Positions 23,801 through 37,631 of a DNA stretch of 64,000 nucleotides are shown one piece after another. Made by a program: the position numbers and the translations under genes. Where the stretch lies: positions 1-64,000 of the forward strand of contig JAAILG010000429.1 of the NCBI GenBank assembly GCA_012026655.1. The letters are read 5' to 3'. The DNA is from Hydrolagus affinis. Its lineage: Eukaryota. The first letter of the stretch is position 1; each line of letters opens with the position of its first letter. The notes below the pieces were generated by a model. The model ran no database searches. It was not told the origin of the DNA and worked only from the letters and a program-made list of their open reading frames with translations.

Positions 23801-25840
23801 GGCAACTTTGAGCACCACTTATAAATGGTGGTTCAGCTCATGCTACCATTCAAAAGAAATTGGACAATAATTTGATGAAATTGATATTGAAGGGCAAGAG
23901 AGAGTAGGGAAGCGGGAAGTGACATCAGGCGTGGAGGTTGCTATATAAATGCAAGCTGTTTTTGTTAATAGAATAGATAGGACGTGCTCCCGATGTGAAA
24001 GGTGTTCTATAAATGTAATTTTGTTGTTGTAGAAGTCCCCAGTGGTGCAGCTACCATCAACACAAACACAATGGGCCATGTAGTCTCTTTCCTTGCTGAA
24101 AACTCTGTTTATAAAGTTTGATGGTTTTGGTGCCTCTGCAGACAACCGGTGTAACACTATCAGATGCTATCCAGCATGAAGGGCATTAAACTCAACTTGC
24201 TGTTGTTGATGTTTTTGGCTCTAATGTCCCTCTGCTAAATGAATCAATGTTCACACTCCACTGTCTCTTCCACTCAACAGCAGCACTAATGCCAAACCCT
24301 TTGCTATCTTCAACGTCCTCAAGGACAACTTGTCGATCAGTCTATCTGTAATTCCCAATAGAACTGACCAATTCAATGAATCTTTGGGACAGTTTCCTCA
24401 CAACACTATATACACACTGCCTCAAGTTGGATTTGTTTGCTGTCAGGACACCCAAATATATCTTGCAAAATATCATTCAACTAATTAAGTATTGTTTGTA
24501 CATACTTTTTGGGGATGTATTGTTCACTGAACTTTAGTCATTGACAGTAATGTTCCACAAACACTAGCTTTCGTTTGAAGACTTGCTGCAAATCATTTCA
24601 AACTGAATTAATTCTCAAACAGCCTGGATTTCACCTAAGTTACAGGATGTTCCAGAAGGGAACAGATCATTGGGATCCAATTGGTATGTGTAGAATTCCC
24701 CCAAAAAATGTGTCCAGAAATAAGGAGCTTCCATGGGGCAGAATGCAAAACACTGGCAGTTAACTGGCTTCCTGTTTGGAATATCTACGCTAGCATCCTC
24801 CCATTATAGCATTGGTCCTGGCCTCAATCACCCGTCTGGCAACTAACCCACAAACTCATTGCATGTTCAATCAATCTACCTCCACTAGCCTATCAGACCT
24901 AAACTAACAGTTTAGGGTGTGTTGTACCTCCACACTGCCATTCATGTATAACCAAGATTTGAATGAAGTGGTATGAAAAAAAGCACCATCCATCTTAATG
25001 TCAGGAACACTTAATCAATTTAATTGGATACCCCTTAATTCTTCCTCTGCCAAGTGCTGTTGGCACCACAACAGCAGCAACTACTTTTTAAGCCCTTACT
25101 ACACAAACAGACGCAAAAAAGGTAGGAAAAGAAAGGGGGGGTGGGGTGGGTAATCTTTCTTGTGTGTCCTCATGCCGTAGAAAAAATATTGAAACAAAAA
25201 ATATACAGAAACAAGAATACGCAGAGGAGAAGATGGGAGGAAAACAAGAAAGGATGATCAGGGTTGAAAATTATTCAACATTGCTTGTGTTGATTTTTAG
25301 ATAATTAGAGTTATTAATATGGTAATGAAACTGCTTCTGAAATTAATGTGATCAGCATTTATTTTCTCAGTGCAAGTTGAAAGCTGGATAAGCCGTCCTG
25401 CTGATTTCACGGGGACATCTCTTGATAATGTATCCAGATTCCCTGGAGATTCCCAATGTTCTGCATATGCCATTCTTTGCTCATAGGGAAATCTTAGGGC
25501 CACGAGGTTATCTCCATTTCATTTTCTTCTTATGGCCCCTCACCCTCCCACAATACTCCTTAACTACTTCTCCCTCCAGAAATACATGGTTGCATCTTGA
25601 ACACATTCATTCTGCCCCTCAGTTTAATCATTCCCCTACTTCCAGATACTCCTATCCTGACCCCTACCAAACTCCACACACCCATTATTCCAATCCTTGG
25701 CAGGCTCCACTAGCACCCTAATCCTTGACTCCTTCGCAGCACTAGGAGTCTAGAAACTAGTAAATACACTTGATAATCAATAGGAAAATCCCCAGCCTCG
25801 ATATTGTACCACATTGCATTAAATAAAAAGAATTGTAGTA

Positions 25841-26246
25841 CAGTAAAAGCCTGTTTATCTGCCACCCTGCGGGGGGTCGACTAATTTGACTGTGCCGGAT
25901 AATTGGGCGGCGAGTTACTGAAAACCCAACACAAAAAATTTACTTATTTTAAAACATACCATATTAATACTACACTAAATAGTAACAGAATATTGTATGC
26001 GTTACCAATAAAGCATTCCAGCACACTCGGTAAAATAGCATTTTTCACCGATCGGTAAAAACCCAAGTTCATAAGTTTAATAAGCGCGCATGCATACGCT
26101 TTGCACGCTTGTGCAAAGTGAGCATACTCGCGATTGCTGGAATAGGGAATTGCCCCAGGAAGGGTTCGAGCAATTGCCCCAGGAGGGGGTCGAACCCATT
26201 CTTTGTGACCCGGTTGATCGGGTCATGGATAAATGGGCTTTTACTG
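25841..26246. mobile_element. Tc1/mariner (pogo/Tigger-like) MITE
   Basis: TIRs CAGTAAAAGCCTGTTTATC and GATAAATGGGCTTTTACTG, with TA on both flanks. Confidence 0.8.
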
Positions 26247-26700
26247 TACTAAGATTTAAAGAGCCATTTGCATAAATATTAGTCTCAGATCAATAACAGA
26301 ACACAAGATCTGAAGTGCTGGGAACTCCAGGTGCGTTTACAGTGAAGTAGTAGCTCTGAAGCTACTCAGTAAGGCTGTGGTGTGAAGCCACCAGAGCTTT
26401 GAATTATTAAGACAAATGCCAATATTACAGAAATCACACAAGCCAGGTGACAGTTGGTAACCGGTCTCACAATGACTACATTCCAGAGGTGCACAAGCCC
26501 CCCCAGAGATGGCCAACCTAAAACCGAGAACAGCAGCGAAACGTACAATAGCAGATCTTCACAGGCTGACTGTGGTCAAAGCAACATTACAAGGAATCAA
26601 TAGTCTTGAGTCATGTAGTAATTGTTACAATTCTAATGAGTTTCCTGTCTGGTAATGAACAAGCACTTTCAGGATTTCTCTCAATTTCTAGAAAAGATTA

Positions 26701-26802
<102 letters not shown>

Positions 26803-28277
26803 TCAGAGTAATATAATAAGCACTTAATTACATTTTCAATCCTGTGTTGATTAAGCACTGTTGGACAGCTGCTCTTTATCTATTGCTTAAGCAGTCAGTC
26901 TGTTACATGAAAAAATGCTAAATCTTGAGAATTTCTCATAACGCAGAGGTGATTACATTGGGACTCAGACAGAATGATGCAAACTGTGAGTGCTTTGACT
27001 GATAGCATTATACATATTCTTTAGAAAAAGACTTTAAAATGCAACAATAGAAACCCAGCTAAAATTTGTTTCAAAAATTTATAAACCATCATCCCAGAAC
27101 TCTTACTAGCCACAAATATCAGTAGATGCTCAACAGTGGAAGTCTGGAGCCAATGTCCTAACGACAATTTTAAATTGGACGGAGCAAGGGGATTTGGAAT
27201 AATACTGTGAAGTCACATCACCCAGCAGCTGTATGGATTTCACCTCGACACAAAACTGGAGAAATCAAGACACACAAAAATAGGAAGTTTTGATTGTAGC
27301 AGATTGGAAGAAAGGAAACTTTGTCAACTACAGTATATTCCAAGAACATGGGAGCAACTTACATATAATGGGTAAATTAATACCCTTCCCCGTTGGTTTT
27401 TCCATTTGTTCAAACATCACATAATCATTTGCTCAACCCTCACATAGAAATGTCTTACACTGAACATGTAGACAAATACCAAAGACTACATCTCATACAA
27501 CAACAAAATTACATTTATAAAGTGCCTTTCACGTCGGGATGACGTCCCAAGGCTGAAAAGTCAGGTCGGGACCCAAGCAAAGGGAGGGAATGGAGAGTTG
27601 AGAGGAGACAGAGAAAGTTGGGAGGGGGCAGAAGGCACAATCGAAGAAGAGGGTCTTGAGACCGGCGTTGAATGAGGCAAGGGAGGAAGTGATGTGAAGG
27701 GACCGTGGGATAATGAGAACCTCCTCTAATGATTGGAAAAGGAATGGTATCTGAACTTCTGGTGTCAAAAATTCCTTGGTAGGAGCACTGTGGCCGTTGA
27801 GAAAGTTATTCTTTCATCTCTGAAAAATGCCTAAGATTTGTAGGAAGCACCCTTTCCTGACCTCATCTAAGAATGTAAGTCAAGGTTGTTGTGGTCCACA
27901 ATATTAGATCCGATCCCCACCAGCTATTCTGTCGTTACTGAGCTAACAATAACATGAAGCGATTGCATGAACATTAAAAGATGTATCCAAGGGCAGTTTC
28001 TTTTGAGACAATTAAAGTATTTGGTGAGGGAGGGGGGGATGTGAGGGTCTTAAAAATAAAGGTAGAGACAGGGTGTAGTTTGATGCCAGTCTTTAGAGAC
28101 TGCGGCCTGAAACACAGGAAATAAGACCTTTTTTTCAAATTAGTAACAACTGCTCTCTTCAACCAATGCATAGTGTTTGGATGTCACAGGTAACTTCACC
28201 ACGAATGATGAATGTGGGCAACGATTCTTCCCATTCAGCTCATGTTAATCCTGCAAGCCAAAGTCCTAACAGATAGG

Positions 28278-28586
28278 TAGGGTCCGTCGATAAGGAAATT
28301 TTCCGATATCGATTTATCGGTTTGCCCATATCGATATATACTGATATAGCCGATATATATCGATATCGCGGTTTTTTTTTGACCTGCGCATGCGCACGCA
28401 TTTTGGTGTGTGCGCGCGCTTTCGGATATCGACAAGGTAAGTTGAAAATGTCCGCATTATACCAATATATACCGATATATCGCCGGACACGATATATCGA
28501 TTTTTTTTTTAATATATCGATATCGGCATATCGATATGAAAATTATATTGGATATAACCGATATATCGATATATCGCCGGACCCTA
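28278..28586. mobile_element. Non-autonomous hAT-type MITE (TAGGG...CCCTA termini), rich in ATCGAT/GATATC
   Basis: Termini TAGGGTCCGTCGATA and TATCGCCGGACCCTA. Degenerate 8-bp TSD cagatagg/aggatagg. Confidence 0.8.
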
Positions 28587-29711
28587 AGGATAGGGTGGTC
28601 TTAGCTGGACAAGCAGCTTACCAGAGAGTGCTTTCAATGCCAAGCCATGTGGTTTTAGCTGGATTAGCTCCAGGAGTAACCCAATTCACGGTCTGGAGTT
28701 CGCCAAGCATTAGCTCTTGCTAACCTGTGCCTAATGCACACAAGATTTAGCTAAGCAAGATGCATCCCCCTAGGGAGAAAGTGCACAGAGAGAGTGTTGA
28801 GGATGCATACATAAGTGGAACTCTCAGTCTGGTTTGAAGACTCTTAAACATGGTTATGAGTTTTCACATCAGATGCTGAATGACCATCAAATAGGTCAAT
28901 TTGTATTCCTGGCAAAATTAGTCACCACAGTGGCCAACATGTATGTAAACCGGAGGGTTGTACAGGCTGTGGAATTGGCTTCAAAGCTATTTAAGAAGTA
29001 GTTCCTTAGGCCTTAGGCTGCCGGACAAACTCAACATCGGGGATGACTATTTCCCTGTCTCTGGAACAACTTCCTCCTGTGGTTCAGTAACAGCTCATGT
29101 GAGTAAATGAGGTCAATGTCAACGGAGCAAGAATGCAGCAAGAATCCTGATGGCAGACTGCTTCTCCTGTATTACACGCTATCAGAAGGACTGAAATTCC
29201 TCAGTTCTAGCATTACACAGCTGGAAAGGATAGAGATCTGGAGGATGCATACATCTCCTCCTCAATCATTGAGGAACATGATATAATATTAGTCAATCTG
29301 CTGGGCAGTCTCAACTGTACTTGGTTCACCTTCAGAGCTCTGCTTTCCCAAAATGCAGTTAATTGTATTACAGCAAAGAACCGGATTAGCTGGCTATTTT
29401 CATTAAATTACTGCTGATATTTTTTTCGACGAGCCATTCAATTAAATCTCAATCTGTTGCTCATTTGCCATTTGAGAATTTTAACCTGATAAAAAAAAAT
29501 CAAATTTAATGAAAAGTTTTCAAAACGGTTCATTGGAAATGAAAAAAACAATACTTTTGTTAACCGATTGTGCCATCCTGCCCCACCAGTTAAAAAAGCA
29601 TTTCAATAAACAATATCTTATATCAATAAACAATATCTTATATCTCGAATCACTTCATAGGATTTTACTGTGTCACTGCAGGCAGGCAAACGATAAAAGC
29701 TAGATACATAC

Positions 29712-29815
29712 TACTGCTTCCATGTCCACGATCTCCGGTGGAGCAAACATGGACTGAACCATAAACTTGTGTTTGCTTTTCTCATTGGGATCGTAGTCAA
29801 AAGGTTGCAGCATCA
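29712..29815 (-). CDS. VAPB: VAPB coding exon 3 ([35 protein letters not shown])
   Basis: ttacag| 104 nt |gtatgt. FFAT-binding residues K87 and M89 are intact. Confidence 0.97.
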
Positions 29816-30096
29816 CTGTAAAAGAGAAGAAAACCTTGTTTTTAAAAGCCATTCTGCGTGTTCACTGGATTGTAAACAACCCTCCTAAAGATCAAATATT
29901 CCTGCATCTGTACATCCCTTCTGCTCAATGCCTTTAGGCTCGATTCAAACAGGGGATAAATTTGAAAGTTCTTCATGACAATTGTAATGGTAGGCCATTT
30001 GTTTGAGTGATGGATAACAAGGAAACACTTGTAAATCCACCAAATTAAGTGAAAGTTGTTACTGAATCAATCACTGCTTGTAAATTACAAGAAGAT

Positions 30097-30662
30097 ACAA
30101 CAACAACAAAATTGCACTTATATAGCGCCTTTCACGTCGGGAGGACTTCCCAAAGCGCTGACCAGTCTGGTCGGAACCCGGGTGGGGGGAAGGGGAAGGA
30201 GAGTGGGAAGAGTTAGTGGGGCAGCTTAAGGCGCGGTTGAAGAGGAAGGTCTTAAGACCGGCTTTGAAGGAGGAAAGGGAGGAAGCGAGGCGGAGGGGCT
30301 ACGGGATGGAGTTCCACAGTGTGGGAAGAGAGAGGATGAAAGCCCTGCCGCCGATGGTAGGGCGGTGGACGCGAAGCAGGCCTGAATATGCTGAACGGAG
30401 GGTGCGGGCAGGCTGATAGGGAGTCAGTAGGTCAGAGAGATAGGCGGGGGCAAGGCCATGAATGGCCTTGAAAGTGAGGACAAGGATCTTGAATTCGATC
30501 CTCTGGGTGACGGGGAGCCAGTGGAGATGGGCGAGGGTGGGAGTGATGTGGTCGCAAAACCTTGTATGGGAGAGTACACAAGCTGCAGAGTTCTGAATGA
30601 TCTGCAGCCTGTGAAGGGAGGAGTTAGGGAGGCCGACAAGGAGAGAGTTCCCGTAGTCGGCC
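30097..30662 (-). mobile_element. L2-clade LINE 3' fragment, CpG-retaining and probably young
   Basis: Minus strand encodes LHWLPVTQRIEFKILVLTFKAIHGLAP...LWNSIP...FKAGLKTFLF, followed by the (GTT)n tail. Confidence 0.88.
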
Positions 30663-31092
30663 TACAACATACAACATGAATAGCGAATTAAGTAGAATTG
30701 GGGAATGAAGGGTAAAATACCCTGGCACTGTTATATATAATATATTATATAATCTATATATTATTATATAATCTAAAATACGGTGCCAGGATATTTTAAA
30801 ATGATTGGCAGGCTAGCAATTTGCAAATTCAGCATAAGGCAAGTTGTGCCCGGTACTGAAAGCCCAGGACAGACGGAGATGTGAACTGGCAGAATGAGAG
30901 CTGCTCAGTTATGAACCACCAATTCAATCAGCAACATCCACACTGCTGAGAACTGACACTAGCAAAAGGTCACAAGCGAGGGGGAATCTGAGATCTCTCC
31001 CAAACTACAGCATGATTCTTTTAAAGTTCCAGAACTAAATACGAGTTGGAAAGAAGGAAGGGTAAAACATACATGAAAAACAATTCCTTATA

Positions 31093-31309
31093 CAGTAAAA
31101 GCACGTTTATCTGGCACTCTCGGGACCTAGCCAATGCCGGTTAAAGCGGTGCCAAATATTCAGCTGAAAACAGAAACAAAATGTTATTTTATTTTTTAAA
31201 TGCATTTTTCCGGATAAATTCCAGTTTATCGAATGCGGACTTTTTTTTTGCGGTGCCGGTTATACGGAAGTTACGGTTGATCGGGTCACGGATAAACAGG
31301 CTTTAACTG
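31093..31309. mobile_element. Tc1/mariner MITE of the same TIR family
   Basis: TA|CAGTAAAAGCACGTTTATC ... GATAAACAGGCTTTAACTG|TA. Confidence 0.8.
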
Positions 31310-34149
31310 TAATTGGTTAACACAGTCAGAGAGTTAATGAATGAGAAAGCGCAAGTGAGAGAGTGTACAAGCAAGTGAAAAAGAATGGATAAAACTCTGT
31401 TCCAATTATTAAAGTGGACAGTGCCTCCCACAGCTTTGACAAATTACCCCTCCACTGCTCGGTGAGTAATTTACAACCTCTTCATCGTCATCTTTTGAGG
31501 TTCAATAACTTACAGATATGCTGATCCAATGAACCAGTTTCAAAGAACTCTTAGACAGTGGAAAATAGATTTATCATTCCACCACGAGAAAATCAATTTA
31601 TATGCCATTAACCAATCCAACAAGGATCAAATTATGCTTCAGTAGTGACAAATCTGAGTAACACAGGCAACACACATTGTGCGTAACACAAGTTCTGAGT
31701 CAAGCTGAGAAATGCGTCTATTTTCATCCATCTCTTGGGGCACACTAATGTAACAAGATACTCTTGTGTTCGTTTACATAAGTGTTCTGAGACGTCTTGC
31801 TGTATGGAGGGCGCTATATAAATGTAAGTTGTTATTGTTCACAACTCTTAACCAAAACAAATTACACTTATACAGCGAAAATGACCAAAAGCTTGGATGA
31901 GGAGCTAGGTCTTACAGCAGGCTTTAAATGTTGCAGACAGTGGACCTGGGAGAGAGGGTGCAAAGCAGACAGAAAAGCGGAGGCAGAGTAGCTGAACGCT
32001 CGCTCGCTGATGGTGGGGCAGATGGGAAACATAATAATAATAATCCGTGCATTTGATATAGCACTTTTCATGTCTTCAAGACGTCTCAAAGCGCTTCGCA
32101 GAATATACTGTAAAGTGAATTGACTGTATATTTGTGGGCAAAACACGAGGGCCGATTGCGCACAGCAATGTCCTACAAACAATCATGGATTGAAAAGTCC
32201 AATTTATAATTGTTTGTTTTGAGGGATTATTATTAGGCATGTGGGTTAAGGAAATTTGGCCAAGGTATTGCCCTGTCTGTAATCGAATCCAGATCTCACA
32301 CTTGTAAGGTGTGCTCTAACCGAGCTACTGGACTCACGTAAAGCTGAGCAGAGGGAGTAGGCAGAACTGCCTAGGGCAAAATAATCTCTTTTAAGAGGAA
32401 TGCAGTTCAGATATAGTGTTTTCAACAATTCAGTCAAACAGAAGTAACCACTCACTATGGATAATCCACTGTATTCCCAACATTCCCATAACCTCTTGAA
32501 TTGGAAGATGTGCAGCAGTGATTTATGGTTTCTAGAAAATAAACCACAGAGATGTGTCTTGCAATCAACACAGACCATTCAATCCGTTAATATAGTGCTG
32601 GTGTATTTCTCCAAGTTTAGCCATTTAATCTAATTCTATTCACTTGTATGCTCCCTACACATTTCAGTATTCTTCCTTTCAATAACTAATTCTATTATAT
32701 AGCATACAGTAACCTTGCTAGTAAATCAGACATACTTATCATGGATATATGGAATGATGCTGAGATCCGGTTTGTGAAAGGACAGGCGTCAATATCAAAT
32801 GCATTCTGAGAACACATGAGCTGTACTATGAACAGCTGGTGAGAGCTGTCGTTGCTGCTCCTGGAACACAGGTCCCTGGCTTGACCTCTGCCCTTACAGT
32901 GTGAATAGGAATAACCAGCCCCTCCAGGCAACATACCTTAGAGACAATTCAGGCTGGTTTCCTTTCAAATTCTTACATTTTTTAATGAAGGCATTCAATG
33001 TGGTAAACCAAGTGCAGGATAATTCCCAATAGCAATTAATGAGCTACACAGCTTTCCATCTACAGCACAAAAATGTGCATACTGTACATGTTTCTCTAAC
33101 ATTTGTGGAAAAATAATCAACCAGTGGAGTATATGAGCTTCATAAATCATTTAGCTCAGGAATTGTATTCCCCTCGAGTGCCTGCATGCCTCCCAGAGGT
33201 GAAATTGGCAAAGGCTTCCTCTTCACACCAGCAAATACCTTCCATTATAATTTAACAAGCTAACTTGAAATCATTCTGCTATGCACATTTGTAGGAAAAA
33301 AATATATCCAGGTATTTCAAGACCCCCGAGCAAACACTGGAAATGGAAGCATTGTTAGATGAATGAATTTTGATTTATTTCAATTAATTTTCACATCAGT
33401 CCTAGCCAGGTTACCAAAAGAATTGATTTCAATATCCTCACATTCATTTTCAAATTCCTTCATGTGATCTGCTTATTCCCCAACCCACCACCTGTGACCT
33501 CCGTTCGATTGGCTGGGTGAGTGTTGCTGTTGTAGCTGGAATGTATGCTCAATTTAACACAGAATAGGAGTGGCTTGACCTTAACGGTTCGCCAGAAAAG
33601 GTAGATTTTGTTCAAACATTTCTATTCTCTCCAGATTTCTATGTGCCCTAATTCACGATTTTAACTATAAAGCCTGTATGAAGGACAGGTCACTTTGATA
33701 GATCACTGGTGGTCAAAATAACCACGGGGATGTAAAGCCATTAATCTGTGCATGGTAATGGCTGGAATGTCCTGATCAGGATAATTAAATGTTGACACCA
33801 TTGTCCTGTTGGTACTGCACGGATACCCTGTGACCCCGAATCACTATGTGATTGTATGTTTTTTCCCCTCGGGCAATAAATTGCTATCTTTACAGTAAGT
33901 GGAAGATTACATCTATTCCCTGAAGTAAACTTTCTCTGCCCCAGAATGAATAATCTTAAGTTTATTTTGAACAGGAATAGTCTGACCCCACAGTTTGTTG
34001 AGATTGCCCTGCATCTGAGGCAGCAAGCGTTGAAGTTACTTGAAGCATATGGTATATAAAACATTCAACAGTCAATTAACCTTTAAAACATTTTTAAAAA
34101 CTCTTGGAGACTAATGAGTCAAAAATTTAACAAATGTGGTCTCACATTG

Positions 34150-34510
34150 GTCCTCACCCTTGTTTTCAAGTCCCTCCAATCCTCTGCACCCCACTGCTTC
34201 TCTGATCTCCTCTCTCCCCAAACCAGCACCCACTGCCTTCGCTCCACCGGGTCTGGCCTCCTCCATGTCCCCTGCTCCACCCTCGGCGGCCATGCCTTCA
34301 GCCACCATGCCCCAAGGCTCTGGAACTCCCTTCCTCACTCCCTTTGCCTCGCCCCCCTCTCTTCCCAGTTTCGGGTCACAGCTGAAGACCTTGCTTTTCC
34401 ACCGTGCCTTTGGTCACCTTTCTACCCCTGCCCCTGGCTTGGTCCCAGGATCCGCTCTGAGACGCCATCCGGCGTGGAGGGCCCTATGTAAATCTAAGTT
34501 GTTGTTGTTG
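34150..34510 (+). mobile_element. L2-clade LINE 3' fragment
   Basis: LVLTLVFKSL...AFSHHAPRLWNSLPHSL and a (GTT)n tail. Confidence 0.8.
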
Positions 34511-37500
34511 AGTTATATCATAGGAGACTGAACAAGCCCAACGTATTGCCTCCAGCAGCCAAGGCACAGCAGAGTGGCAGCATGTACACCATGGCTTTAA
34601 ACTTGCTAGCATTAAATGTCTGCTTATTACTGTGGCAGTATGACAGCTAGGACCCGAGTCATACCTCAGTGAAATGGCAGTTGACTCTTCAGATAATACC
34701 TTGGGAAAGATTCCTCCAACAAACTCACTACTCAATCCCAGGGGGGGTTAAACAGCCAGTGATGTCCTTCCTCCATTCCCACGCTGACAGCAGCATAGTA
34801 TCCCTCCTGCTTGCTCTGTACATTTGGAAGCATTACAAATGTGTGGCAATATACCTTTACACAACTTTTACGAGAGAAGTAGATAATTAATTGGGGAGGA
34901 CAAGTTTGCAGGGCCATGGGGAAAGAGCAGGAGAGTGGGAATGATTTTGATAGTTCTTTTCAAAACCCGGCACAGACAAGATGGGTCGAATGGCTTCCAT
35001 CTGTGCTGTATAATTCTTTGATTCTATAATAGATATAACCTATAACAAACCTCAATAACAGGTATGACTATCAATAATGTTCCCAATGGCTATGTGAATC
35101 TTAAAGAGACAGAATTCAAATTGAGAAATGATGATTTAAGACGTACATTTCCAATAGGAAAAGATGAACGTTTTGCAATAGGAATCCCTCCTCAGGATCT
35201 CTGGCTTGGCCCTGATCAACCTGTGTACACAAGCCTCGATTCAGATTGGGAACAGAATTTTTCTTGTGCCTACCTGACGTGAATATCTATATTGTACAGA
35301 TGCTTCAATGAGCAGTGCACCTAATATGTTTTTGTTCTCAGTACAGTATTCTGAAATTCTCCCAGTTGTACTACTGGGTGTACCAGGCTGATCCCAATAA
35401 GAACATTACTGTCTGCATAGTAATAATTAATTAGTCCATTAAAAGTGCTAACTGCAACTTTCATTTCTGTAGGACAATCTTTCCTTGATTACGAGGAAAG
35501 TTCTAATTAGCCGTCCAAAGCGAAGCTGACATCAGTGACAGCCTAGCAAGTCTGCAGACAGAAATAACAGAACCTAGCACTTACACTGGTCCCATGTCTT
35601 GCTCATGCTTCAAGGCCAGCAACAATAAATTGATCGAGAACAATAGGAGAGAGGCTGAATTATAGGAGTGATGAAGGTCACAGGATGGGATAAAGCAACA
35701 GCTTCTTGAAAATAAATGACTCTCCTTAGCCAGAGTGTATAAAACGATGGCAAAATGGTCTGAAATTAAACCACTTAATAGTCTTGATATTAACCCACCA
35801 TGAATTATGAGTGTGATTACACTCATAAGCAGATCACATACTGTTATTCTGCATTTCTCAATGTCAATAGCCACATCTTTCATCAATGTCATCGGAGTAT
35901 TACCTTCAAACGTACTCTCACTTATCCTTAGCAGAACAGTTGTGATGGCAAGCATGAGCAATTCAATTTCCACAGGATAAATAATATATACTACTAAATG
36001 CCATGGAGGAAAGCTGTAAATCAACCGAGTGCAGAAGACTGAATCATCAGAATCTGACTGAATTAGAACCTTCTTACTCCTCATATAGATATTTTATTCT
36101 ATACTAACTCACCCCATGAAACTGGTTTTGGTACAGATTTTGCCTGGCTAAAATTTAGCACTTCAGCAAGCACAATTTATCATAGAAATCTCATGACTAT
36201 GGGTAAGGAAGCTGAATCAACATCAATTGATACAATCACTAACCCAGGATGCTTTGGCTTCAGTTGTGTGCATGTTAATTCAGTTCCGTCGAGCTCAATA
36301 CCTCCTCCAAGTCATTTCCCTTGATCCCTTCAGCACTCACTGTTTAAACAAAAATAATTTAAAAAAGAGAGAAAAACAATAAAGGAAACCGTTCAAACAT
36401 AGAGAATGCAAGAGAATGGGCTGATGTTGTTGTTGTATTTCTAGAGCTCTTAATGTCTGTTCGATGCCAAAGGCTGATAGAGGTTGATGTGAGATTCCCC
36501 AGATGTGCAGTGGACTGCAAGATTAACATGCTGTGAAATATATTTAGTTGCAGTTTTGTGTATAAATATCTAACACACGCTATATATAGAATATTGGGTA
36601 ATCACCACGAAATTTGAGTTGAACGGTGCACAAGCTGGTTCAGAGCTAGCAAATGCACAATCTGCTTCAGTATTCTGTTGCAGTCTATCAGGTCTACTTG
36701 CTTGCTATGAATTTCCCTTTCAATCCCTGGAGCCAACAAGGCATCTAAATCATTGCTAGCCTGGAAAGATTTTAAAATCACATTCCTTCAGAATCATTTG
36801 CATGTGAATTCCCACAGCTCACCTCCTTCCCCACTACCTTCTGGATTGATGACTGCTGCGAGCACTTTTGAATTACTACCAATGCTTTCAATGTAGCAGA
36901 AATCTGAGGCAGCCTTGCAGAATTATGCAGATTGCTCAATGGAACAGAATACAGTACTGCGGGACTGGAAATACAGCATCAAGGGAGGTACAGTGATTTA
37001 CTGTCCGGGAATCAGTTGTACTACCTCTGTGTAGTGCTGAAGATGTTTTTCATTCTTCTCTCTCCCTCCCATTCAGTCATTCTCTCCTTGAAGAGAGAGA
37101 CAGGTGACCACCGATGTTTTCGTCAATGTCTTCCTTGATTTGCTTTTCTCTCTCAATTGCTGAACACAAGAAGCACATCTGCTGTGATCCAGACGTGTGC
37201 CATTCACTGCCACCAGCTACATTAGTGAAAGTGATGGAAGATTCTTACACATTTTTAGCTCCCACCCCCCAAAGTTATTTGACTTTTTTTAACCTATTTG
37301 TGAAAAGGAAGTCACTCACCCTCCTATACATTTACCCCATTGGCCATTATTCAATTGTGTGTCTTGACGGCAAATGCAACCATGGGAAGCTGAGCTCCAT
37401 CTTGTCCTCATATCAGGAGCAAGTCAACTGCTGGTTTTCCCTCTTTAACACATGGTAGAATAGTCTCACAGAACTTGCTGTCAGGACTGAATAATGACCA

Positions 37501-37631
37501 ATTGAGTAAAGATATAGGAAGGTGATCCACTTTCATCTCACAAATAGTTTTTCGCCACGCACAAAACAAAAGTCCCCATTCAATAAACCGGAATGTATGC
37601 GGAACAATAGAGGTGGAGCATTTGTGAATAC

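Noticed and set aside
24500-24640. Extra VAPB cassette exon ending at AAA|GTATGT
   Set aside because: Every acceptor I tried gives an in-frame stop from phase 0, and the polypyrimidine tracts are weak.
28322-28723. 133-aa I/Y/R-rich ORF
   Set aside because: Translation of the ATCGAT-rich MITE; no transposase motifs.
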